In this document: one piece after another, positions 17,004-24,204 of the stretch | How the letters are laid out: each line of letters begins with the position of its first letter | How positions within the stretch are numbered: the first letter of the stretch is position 1 | Assembly (NCBI GenBank): GCA_013697265.1 | Contig: JACCXE010000102.1 | Span: forward strand, 1-33,252 | Origin: Actinomycetota bacterium | Lineage (GTDB): Bacteria > Actinomycetota > Acidimicrobiia > Acidimicrobiales > JACCXE01 | Length of the DNA stretch: 33,252 nt | Reading direction: 5' to 3' | Notes under the pieces: model-generated | The model's database searches: none | What the model saw: the letters and a program-made list of their open reading frames with translations, nothing else | What the model was told of the DNA's origin: nothing | Program-made: the position numbers and the translations under genes

Positions 17004-17698
17004 CGGAAGAGGTCTTCGGACGGCGGACGGACAATCTCGGATGCCACCGAAGCTTCACGCAGCCACTCCGCATTGACGCCGCGGACTACGGCCACCGGGA
17101 TGCCGGCGGCCTTGCCCATCACGAGTTCGGCGGCCGAGGCGATCTCGTCGGCCACCGCCACTTCGGTCACTTGGAGCTCGCGACCGAGCGAGTCGGGGGT
17201 GCCCCGCAGGTCCACAACCGCGGCGACGCCTGCCACACCAATCGCAACGTCGGTGAGACCCTTGCGCCACGGCCGACCGAAGGTGTCGCTGACTATTACG
17301 CCGACGTTGATACCGATGTCGGCGCGCACACCGTCACGAATGCGGCGCGCCGATCGGTCGCAGTCGACGGGCAGCAGGGCCGCGTAACCGGCGGGCACGT
17401 TTGACAGGTCGATGCCGGCGTTCGCGCAGACGAAGCCGTGCGAGGTTTCGCTGATGATGAGATCCCCCCGGCGCCGCACAATGCGCACGGATTCCTGCTC
17501 GACAAGCGCCTTGGCCGCGAGCGGGTCTTCGGTGTTCACGGGAACCAGGCGGCCTTCAGCTTTGGAAACGACCTTCTGGGTTACGACTAACACGTCGCCC
17601 TCGTGCAGGGCGCCGTCGGCCGCCGCAACGATCAGCGACGCGAGCCGATCGCCGTCGTTGACCTCGCCGATGCCGACGAGACCGAAGATCGAAATCAC
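17000..17698 (-). CDS. cofE: coenzyme F420-0:L-glutamate ligase, single-domain CofE type
   Basis: 'GDVLVVTQKVVSKAEGR', 'SHGFVCANAGIDLSN', 'VIVSDTFGRPWRKGLTDVAIG', 'ELVMGKAAGIPVAVVRG'. The GTG at 17698 overlaps the cofD stop (GTGA). The product is 232 aa with no extra C-terminal domain. Confidence 0.88.
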   Translation of the reverse strand: MISIFGLVGIGEVNDGDRLASLIVAAADGALHEGDVLVVTQKVVSKAEGRLVPVNTEDPLAAKALVEQESVRIVRRRGDLIISETSHGFVCANAGIDLSNVPAGYAALLPVDCDRSARRIRDGVRADIGINVGVIVSDTFGRPWRKGLTDVAIGVAGVAAVVDLRGTPDSLGRELQVTEVAVADEIASAAELVMGKAAGIPVAVVRGVNAEWLREASVASEIVRPPSEDLFR

Positions 17699-18657
17699 AA
17701 AGACGAGTTTGCCGCGGCCAGTGCAACCCGGGCCAAAGCAGCCGCGTCCTGGGGCGTGCGCATGACGGTCGGTGCGACCACGCAACGCATGCCCGCGTCT
17801 TGGACGGCACCGGCCAGGTCGCGGTCGGCTTCGTCGATCACCAGCGTTGCCGCAAGGTCGCGATACAGCCGAGCGACGCCTACCACCGACGCGTCATGGC
17901 CGAGTTCGCGCAGCATGCGATCGGCCGGGCCCTTGAGCGCGAGGCCGGCGACAATCGGCGAGATGGCGACCGAGGATGCCCGGCGGGCCGCGAACGCGTC
18001 GCGCACACCCGGAACCGCCAGAGGAGGCCCGATCGACACGATCGGGTTGGAGGGACAGATCACCACGATGTCGGCCTCGGCGATGGCGTCGAGCACTCCG
18101 GGCGCGGGGCGCGATGCGTCGGCGCCCGCGAAGCGCACTGACTCGACGGTGACGTTGTGCTGCCGCCCGACGAAATACTCCTGAAAGCCGATCTCGCCTT
18201 CGCCGGCGACGGTGACCCGAGTCTCGAGGGGATCGTCGGTTACCGGCAACAGGTGAAGCTGTAGCCCCCACGCCCGCGTGATCTCGCCGGTGACCTCACC
18301 CAGCGTCAGTCCGTCGCGCAACCGCTGGGTGCGGTACAGGTGGGTCGCGAGGTCTTGGTCGCCGAGTCGGAACCAGGTGAGGTTCTGTTGCAACGCGGCC
18401 CCGTAGCGGTCGAGGGCGGCCATGGCGTTCCACGTTTCGCCCATGAGGCCCCAACCCGTGTCCGGGTTCACCGCGTTGGCCAACGTGTAGGTGATGGTGT
18501 CGAGGTCGGGCGACACGTGGAGGCCGTGGAGCGTGACGTCGTCGCCCGTGTTCACGATTGCGGTGACCGACGACGGCTCGACGACTTGGACCACGCCGCG
18601 CAGCATCTTCGCGGCGCCCACCCCACCCGCGAGCGCGCAGACCCGCGGCGGGGTCAC
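17695..18657 (-). CDS. cofD: 2-phospho-L-lactate / EPPG transferase (FbiA/CofD)
   Basis: 'VCALAGGVGAAKMLRG', 'IVNTGDD..HGLHVSPDLDT', 'VVICPSNPIVSIGP'. The GTG start overlaps the upstream stop (GTGA). Confidence 0.92.
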   Translation of the reverse strand: MTPPRVCALAGGVGAAKMLRGVVQVVEPSSVTAIVNTGDDVTLHGLHVSPDLDTITYTLANAVNPDTGWGLMGETWNAMAALDRYGAALQQNLTWFRLGDQDLATHLYRTQRLRDGLTLGEVTGEITRAWGLQLHLLPVTDDPLETRVTVAGEGEIGFQEYFVGRQHNVTVESVRFAGADASRPAPGVLDAIAEADIVVICPSNPIVSIGPPLAVPGVRDAFAARRASSVAISPIVAGLALKGPADRMLRELGHDASVVGVARLYRDLAATLVIDEADRDLAGAVQDAGMRCVVAPTVMRTPQDAAALARVALAAANSSL

Positions 18658-20786
18658 AGCGTGATTACACGCGCATACGACGGGCTGCCGGTTCCTGAGC
18701 CGGCCACAACGGCGCCGCCGGGCACCCGAGCGCCGGCAACCCGAGCGCCGCGATCGGCACCCGTCTGGAAAGCAAAGAAGCCGGACAGTTCACCGCCACC
18801 CAGGTTGAATACGCGAACATGCGAGCCGCCGGGGTCACCGGCACCGGTGATCACGTCGGGGCCATCGTCTCCAGCGACGTTGCCGCCACCGACGTAAACG
18901 CCGCCGGTGAACGACGGCGCGTACGCCATGAAACCGGCCACCTCGCCGCCCGAGAGGTTGAAGATGCGAACGTGGGGTCCGCCGCCCGCACCGGGGCCGG
19001 TCACGATGTTGTTGCCGGTGGCTGCCACCCGCACGCCGCCCGTGAATTCGGCGCCGTATGCGAAGAACTGGCTGAGCACGGCGCCGTCCTTGCTGAAGAC
19101 CTTGACGTGGGGACCGCCGCCCGCGCCGGGCCCGGTGATGATCTCGTCGCCCGGGTTGCTGGGGTCGACGTCGCCGCAGCCGACGTAGACGCCGCCGGTG
19201 AACGACGGAGCGTACGCCATGAACCCGCCGCCGTTCGCCGACCCGTTCGCAGCGAAGGTGCGTACATGCGGGCCGCCGCCGGCGCCGGGCGCGGTGACGA
19301 TGTTCCAGCCCGCGTCGCCGAAGTTACAGGCGGCCACGCGCACGCCGCCGCCGAAATTCGGCGCGTAGGCCATGAACTCGACGCCGGTCGTGTCGAGGCT
19401 GGCGGTCAGCACGCGCACGTGCGGCCCGCCGCCTTGGTCGGCGCCCACGATGATGCGGTCGGCGTCGCCGCCGGCGAGGCGGCCGGCGGCCACGAATACG
19501 CCCCCGGTGAAGCCGCCGCCGTAAGGGCTGAAGGGCCCAAGGCGCATCAACGCGCTGGGCAGCGTGTTGGCGCTCGAGCCCGAGTTGACCGCCGATCGGA
19601 ACGAGTCGCCGCCGACGGTCTTGGTCGCATCGGACCCGACGATGCGCACACCGCCGCCGTGATCGGCGATGTTTTGGATGACCCGGCCCGAGACGCCGAG
19701 CGGACTCTTGAACTCGATCGAGTTGAGCGTGCCCACGCGCGTGGAGGAGCTCGCGTTCAGCCACGCCTGCATGTTCGCAAGCGTTATGTCTCGCTTCCAC
19801 GTGTGTAACGAGTTCTGGCCGTTGGCGTCGTCGTAGGGATCGGGCACACCCTTGAGATAGGGCAGGGCGGTCTTGAACGCGATCTCGCTGTTTTCGGTGT
19901 GGCCGCCCGACGATGACGAGTAGAACGCCTGAATCACGTTGCCGCCATAGGTGACGACCTGGTTGTTGGTGTCGTTCACGGCCGCGACCCACTTGGCGCC
20001 GTTCGAGTTGGTTTCTTTGTCGTAGCCGACGTAGTTCTGGTCGCGCGTGTCGCCCCACAGCCCGCAGCCACATTCGGCCCGGTTCTGCCCGAGGCGGTTG
20101 ATCTTTTCGAGCGCGTAGGTGCGCGCCGCCACCGCCTGTGTTTTCAGAGCGTCAGTCGGCCACGACGACGGCACCTCACCGAGGCCGTAAAGGTACTGCT
20201 GCATGGTTTGACTCGTGATCACAATGCGCAGCGTGCTCGCCCCGGTCGCAGCCAACTCAAGCTGGCCGTATTTGTATCGGTCCCCGGTCTTGTCGAGCGA
20301 GATCGGCGCGCCGTTGTATTGCACGTAGAGGTTGTCACCGCCGCCGCCTACCGCATTAAGCCGGGGCGTGCCCGCCACCGAAACATTGAATTTCCCGCTT
20401 GCAACGTCGACCTTGATCGCCTGGCCCGATTCCGCGGTCGTGGCCACCTGTCCGGCGAGGACGATGTTCACGTGACCCGTCGGCGTCATCGTGGTGGTGA
20501 CGGGGGCCGACGTGTCCTGAGCGAGCCAGATGCGCACTTCGGAGGGCTGGGCCTTGGATTGAACCGCGGTGCCTTGGTAGTAGTGCTTGAGGATGTCCTG
20601 GTAGCCGGTGCCCTGTTGGGCGAAACCGAGAGCGCCGTATTGGCTCATCCCGACCCCGTGACCGAATCCACCGCCTTCGATGTGGAACGAAGACGGGGCG
20701 GCCGCGGCGGGTGGCGCAATGGCAACGCCGATCGCGGCGCCGATCATGGCGGCCGCGGCGAACAAACGAACGAGGACTCGCTGCAT
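18654..20786 (-). CDS. secreted SpoIID/LytB-domain protein fused to a C-terminal FG-GAP-like beta-propeller
   Basis: The ATG at 20786 gives the signal peptide MQRVLVRLFAAAAMIGAAIGVAIAPPAAAAP. 'GGGFGHGVGMSQYGALGFAQQGTGYQDILKHYYQGT' and 'YLYGLGEVPSSWPTDALKTQAVAARTYA..FYSSSSGGHTENSE..PYLKGVPDPYD' are SpoIID/LytB signatures. The C-terminal 300 aa hold repeated 'GxGGGPHV[RK]xF....F[MF]AY...FTGGV[RY]V' blades. Confidence 0.85.
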   Translation of the reverse strand: MQRVLVRLFAAAAMIGAAIGVAIAPPAAAAPSSFHIEGGGFGHGVGMSQYGALGFAQQGTGYQDILKHYYQGTAVQSKAQPSEVRIWLAQDTSAPVTTTMTPTGHVNIVLAGQVATTAESGQAIKVDVASGKFNVSVAGTPRLNAVGGGGDNLYVQYNGAPISLDKTGDRYKYGQLELAATGASTLRIVITSQTMQQYLYGLGEVPSSWPTDALKTQAVAARTYALEKINRLGQNRAECGCGLWGDTRDQNYVGYDKETNSNGAKWVAAVNDTNNQVVTYGGNVIQAFYSSSSGGHTENSEIAFKTALPYLKGVPDPYDDANGQNSLHTWKRDITLANMQAWLNASSSTRVGTLNSIEFKSPLGVSGRVIQNIADHGGGVRIVGSDATKTVGGDSFRSAVNSGSSANTLPSALMRLGPFSPYGGGFTGGVFVAAGRLAGGDADRIIVGADQGGGPHVRVLTASLDTTGVEFMAYAPNFGGGVRVAACNFGDAGWNIVTAPGAGGGPHVRTFAANGSANGGGFMAYAPSFTGGVYVGCGDVDPSNPGDEIITGPGAGGGPHVKVFSKDGAVLSQFFAYGAEFTGGVRVAATGNNIVTGPGAGGGPHVRIFNLSGGEVAGFMAYAPSFTGGVYVGGGNVAGDDGPDVITGAGDPGGSHVRVFNLGGGELSGFFAFQTGADRGARVAGARVPGGAVVAGSGTGSPSYARVITL
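18657..19550 (-). repeat. 5-6 tandem degenerate units of about 150 bp encoding FG-GAP-like propeller blades
   Basis: The blade motif GGGPHVRV/GGGPHVRT/GGGPHVKV/GGGPHVRI/PGGSHVRV recurs about every 45-55 aa in the translated minus strand. Confidence 0.75.
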
Positions 20787-20790
20787 GTCC

Positions 20791-23340
20791 TTATCTTGAC
20801 CGCTTGCGCAGCCTCCCGGGTACGCGCCTGGCAAGGCCAAGCGGTCCGTAGTGCCGGTATGTGCGGTATGAGCGCCACAGGAACGCCCGCATCCGGCGGT
20901 ACTGCATCCGCATCGGCGGCGGTAACGCCATGCTCCAGCGGCGCGGCAATTCGTCGGCCTCGAGCGGCAATTCGTAGGCCTCGAGCGGCCGGTTGACGTA
21001 GGGCTCGCTGGGCGCGACCACATCGGTCCATGCCGATGCTCGCGTCGCGGGCTGAATCGATTCCAAGATCGACAAGTAGGTGCGCGCCTGTAGGTGGGGG
21101 GACCAACGCAGCAACGCGTCGCGTCGTGCCCGCGCACCGAGGCGGTGGCGCCGCACCTCGTCGTCGAGTAATGCGTTTAGCTCGTCGGTCCAACCCTGGG
21201 GCGTGCTCGCCAGCACCCCGTTGACACCGGAGGCGATGGCTTCGCGGAACGGTTCGGTAGGTGAGGCGACGGTCGGGGTGCCGACGAGGGCGGCTTCTAA
21301 GCACTTGATCGCGCTCTTGGCCTCGTTGAACCGGCTGCCGGGCGTGAGAGGCGCAAGGTTGATGTCGAGGTCGCGCAAGACGGTCGGAAGTGCGGTCCAC
21401 TCCGTGAAGCCGAGCCGTCTCACCCGGTCGCCGAAGCGGTCAAGAGAGGCCGACGCGGCAACCAGACCAACGAGCCATAGTTCGACGGACGGGTGCGCGT
21501 CCAACGCAGCGATCACCGAAGCCTCGATCATCGCCCAGTCGTGATCGTGGGTATTGGTACCCGACAGGTATCCCATGCGAACGGGCCCGGGCGCTCGATC
21601 CTGCCGGGCCGCGGCGTCGCTTTGCTGACCGGTGAGCAGCCCCACGCCGTTCGCGAAGCGGAACGCAGCCAAACCGGTGACGGCGTTGGCATGATCGCAA
21701 AGCCCGATGGTTGAACCGATGAACGCATCGCACGCTTCGAGCGTTGTCCGGTAACGACGTACTCCCTCGAGCCACAGCGCGGCATCGTCGGGCGGCAGGA
21801 TCGTGAGCGCAGGGATCTCAGACGCGAGGTCGGGGTCGAAGATCAGATCGTCGACGTCGTAGGCCACCGGCACGCCCCGGCGGCGAGCGTCGCCGATGAT
21901 TTCCAGCACCTCCCGGGTCGCCGGCACCCGATAAACCACGATCGCATCGGCGTGCGCCGCTAATTCCGGCACGGAAGCGTCGCGGTAATGACGAACGTCG
22001 GCATGTACGCCCGCAAGCGAGAGGGCCTCGGCTGGCAAAAATGCGCGATAGCGCAGCGGCGCGCCGTCGATGCCGACGATAAAAAGAACTCGGCCGATCT
22101 TCGGCGTGCTCGACACCGTCGTGTCCGGCACCGTTTGCCCAAGCTCGCCGTATAAGTCGAGCAACCCGTCTACCTGATCCGTGATGGCACGGACGGGCAC
22201 GGCGGTCGCTTCGCGCCGCATCGCACTCAGCAACGCGTCGTCGGCGACCACGCGGCGCATCGCCTCGGTCAGAGACGAGGGGTCTGCTGCTGGCACCACC
22301 AGCCCGTTCACTCCGTCGGCCACTACTTCCTCTGGGCCCAGCGTGTCGGTGCAGATCACCGGCACCCCTGCGCTCAGCGCCTCCCGAGTTACCAGGGAGT
22401 GGGACTCGCGCATGATGCTCGGCAAAAGCAACACGTCGGTTGCCGCCCACACCGCGGCCGCTTGGTCGGGTGTAAAGGCGGGCACGCTCTGCACTGGGAG
22501 CCCGGCGAGTGATACGTCGTTGGCCACGAGGAAGTCCTCGAGGTCGTGCGCGATCATGCGCCAACCTGTGGGTACCGCAGCCGCGAGTTCGCGCGCGGCC
22601 TCCACTACCACTCGCGCTCCCTTCATCTCATTCCAACCGCCGGTATAACGGAACGTCACTCCGGCGTGCGAGGCACGCGTCGGCGGCGCAATCTCCGTCA
22701 CCTGATCCAGACCGTTCTCGTCCACCCGTAGCTTCGTGGGGTCTACGCCGTTCGCTGCCATCACGTCCGCCGCGCTCTTGGACACGCACAACAGGACGGC
22801 GGCGCGTTCCAGCGCGTCGCGCAATCGAGCGTTGCGCAAGCCAAGCCAATGATGATCGACCTCACACGGGCAGATCCCGGCGTCCACCACCAGCATGCAC
22901 GGCCGGTAGGTGCGGTCGGCGAGGAATTGCCGGGCACAGCACCACCAGAAGTCGTGCATGGTGACAACAACGGGAATTCCGGCGTCGGCCGCGGCCTCCA
23001 CGACGCCGACGCCAATTGCCTGGCACGAGTGGACATGCACAACGTCCGGGCGGATTCGCGTCAACCACTGGCGGTAGTCCGCTGTCACTACGGGGTTGTC
23101 GATGTTGTTCGCGTCCGACCAACCGACCCACGGATGGATCTCGATCCACCGAACGGGAAAACCGCTCTCGTCCTCGGCGTCCCAGGTCTGGCCCGCCGGA
23201 CGGGTGCGGTCGAAGGAGCCGGCGTATACGGACACCTCATGGCCTCGGGCGTGCATCTCCTTAGCAAGCCGCTGGGGCGCGAGGGAACCACCGGAAATGA
23301 AGTTTGGCGGGAAGTGCGCCGTGACGACAGCGATGCGCAT
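20791..23340 (-). CDS. 849-aa glycosyltransferase with two GT-B (GT4-like) modules and a basic C-terminal tail
   Basis: The N-terminal module has 'MRIAVVTAHFPPNFISGGSLAP..' and 'RESHSLVTREALSAGVPVICTD..GVNGLVVP' (EX7E). The second module has 'RVLFIVGIDGAPLRYR..' and 'NEAKSAIKCLEAALVGTPTVASP..GVNGVLAS'. The tail is rich in R/Y/W. Its stop lies 4 nt before the SpoIID start. Confidence 0.85.
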   Translation of the reverse strand: MRIAVVTAHFPPNFISGGSLAPQRLAKEMHARGHEVSVYAGSFDRTRPAGQTWDAEDESGFPVRWIEIHPWVGWSDANNIDNPVVTADYRQWLTRIRPDVVHVHSCQAIGVGVVEAAADAGIPVVVTMHDFWWCCARQFLADRTYRPCMLVVDAGICPCEVDHHWLGLRNARLRDALERAAVLLCVSKSAADVMAANGVDPTKLRVDENGLDQVTEIAPPTRASHAGVTFRYTGGWNEMKGARVVVEAARELAAAVPTGWRMIAHDLEDFLVANDVSLAGLPVQSVPAFTPDQAAAVWAATDVLLLPSIMRESHSLVTREALSAGVPVICTDTLGPEEVVADGVNGLVVPAADPSSLTEAMRRVVADDALLSAMRREATAVPVRAITDQVDGLLDLYGELGQTVPDTTVSSTPKIGRVLFIVGIDGAPLRYRAFLPAEALSLAGVHADVRHYRDASVPELAAHADAIVVYRVPATREVLEIIGDARRRGVPVAYDVDDLIFDPDLASEIPALTILPPDDAALWLEGVRRYRTTLEACDAFIGSTIGLCDHANAVTGLAAFRFANGVGLLTGQQSDAAARQDRAPGPVRMGYLSGTNTHDHDWAMIEASVIAALDAHPSVELWLVGLVAASASLDRFGDRVRRLGFTEWTALPTVLRDLDINLAPLTPGSRFNEAKSAIKCLEAALVGTPTVASPTEPFREAIASGVNGVLASTPQGWTDELNALLDDEVRRHRLGARARRDALLRWSPHLQARTYLSILESIQPATRASAWTDVVAPSEPYVNRPLEAYELPLEADELPRRWSMALPPPMRMQYRRMRAFLWRSYRTYRHYGPLGLARRVPGRLRKRSR
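20943..20984 (-). repeat. 21-bp tandem duplication (2 copies, 20/21 identical) inside the 849-aa GT gene
   Basis: gcggcaattcgtcggcctcga | gcggcaattcgtaggcctcga encodes LEAYELP/LEADELP on the minus strand. A partial third unit (gcggc) follows. Confidence 0.9.
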
Positions 23341-23379
23341 TACGGCAGATCCTAGAAGTGCGCCTACGCTGGCCGGGTC

Positions 23380-24204
23380 ATGGCGTCAGTCTCGGAGCTG
23401 GTAGAGGCGCGCGAACTGTTCCGCAACCTCACCCTGCGTGAACTGCGCGGAAAGTACAAGCAGTCCACGTTGGGGTGGGCGTGGTCGATGATCAACCCCC
23501 TCGCGACCATGCTGATTTTCGCGGTGATCTTTCATTACGTGCTCAAGGTGGAGCCGCCCACCGGCAAGCCTTCCGGGCTGCACAGCTTCCCGTTCTTTCT
23601 CCTCTGCGGACTGTTGCCATGGAACTTCCTGTCCGTCGGCTTGACCGCGGGGATGGGTGCGCCGTTGGCCAACGCCGGCCTTATCAAGAAGGTCTACTTC
23701 CCACGAGAGGTGCTGACCGCATCGGTGGTCACTTCGTGGGCGGTGCAGTTCGCGATCGAACTGGTGGTAGTGGTTATCGCGTTTCTGTTCGTAGGCAACG
23801 TAACGTTCCAGTGGCTGCCTGCCGTGGTGATGGTGATCCTGATTCAGACCGTCTTCGTGTATGGCCTTGCCTTGGGTTTGGGTGCCATCAACGTGTATTT
23901 CCGCGACGTCCAGCATTTCCTCGGCATCGCGATGCAGTTGTGGTTCTACGCGACGCCAATCGTGTATCCGATCACGCTCATTCCCGCCCACGCCAAGCTC
24001 TTCGGCCATAGCCTGCCCATGAGAGCGCTGTATGAGCTCAACCCGATGGTGCGGTTCGTCGCGATGTACCGCGACCTGCTGTACAACTTGCGGTGGTTCT
24101 CGCTCGCCGACTTCCTCTACGTCACCGGCGTCGCCGTCGTCACGCTTGCGATCGGCCGCGGCATCTTTCTCCGTCTTGAACCTCGCTTCGCGGAGGAACT
24201 ATGA
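23380..24204 (+). CDS. wzm: ABC-2 type polysaccharide export permease (Wzm/TagG-like)
   Basis: 'LRELRGKYKQSTLGWAWSMINPLATMLIFAVIF' is the ABC-2 entry motif. About 6 TM segments follow. Confidence 0.9.
   Translation: MASVSELVEARELFRNLTLRELRGKYKQSTLGWAWSMINPLATMLIFAVIFHYVLKVEPPTGKPSGLHSFPFFLLCGLLPWNFLSVGLTAGMGAPLANAGLIKKVYFPREVLTASVVTSWAVQFAIELVVVVIAFLFVGNVTFQWLPAVVMVILIQTVFVYGLALGLGAINVYFRDVQHFLGIAMQLWFYATPIVYPITLIPAHAKLFGHSLPMRALYELNPMVRFVAMYRDLLYNLRWFSLADFLYVTGVAVVTLAIGRGIFLRLEPRFAEEL

Noticed and set aside
18724-18750. 12-nt motif acccgagcgccg repeated with 15-bp period at the 3' end of the FG-GAP gene
   Set aside because: It is short, with two copies only. It lies within an already internally repetitive propeller-coding region (GARVA/GARVP). 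I treat it as part of that repeat structure.
20787-21137. N-terminal extension of the SpoIID ORF (track start 21137)
   Set aside because: It overlaps the C-terminus of the 849-aa GT in another frame. A clean signal peptide begins at ATG 20786, 4 nt after that gene's stop.
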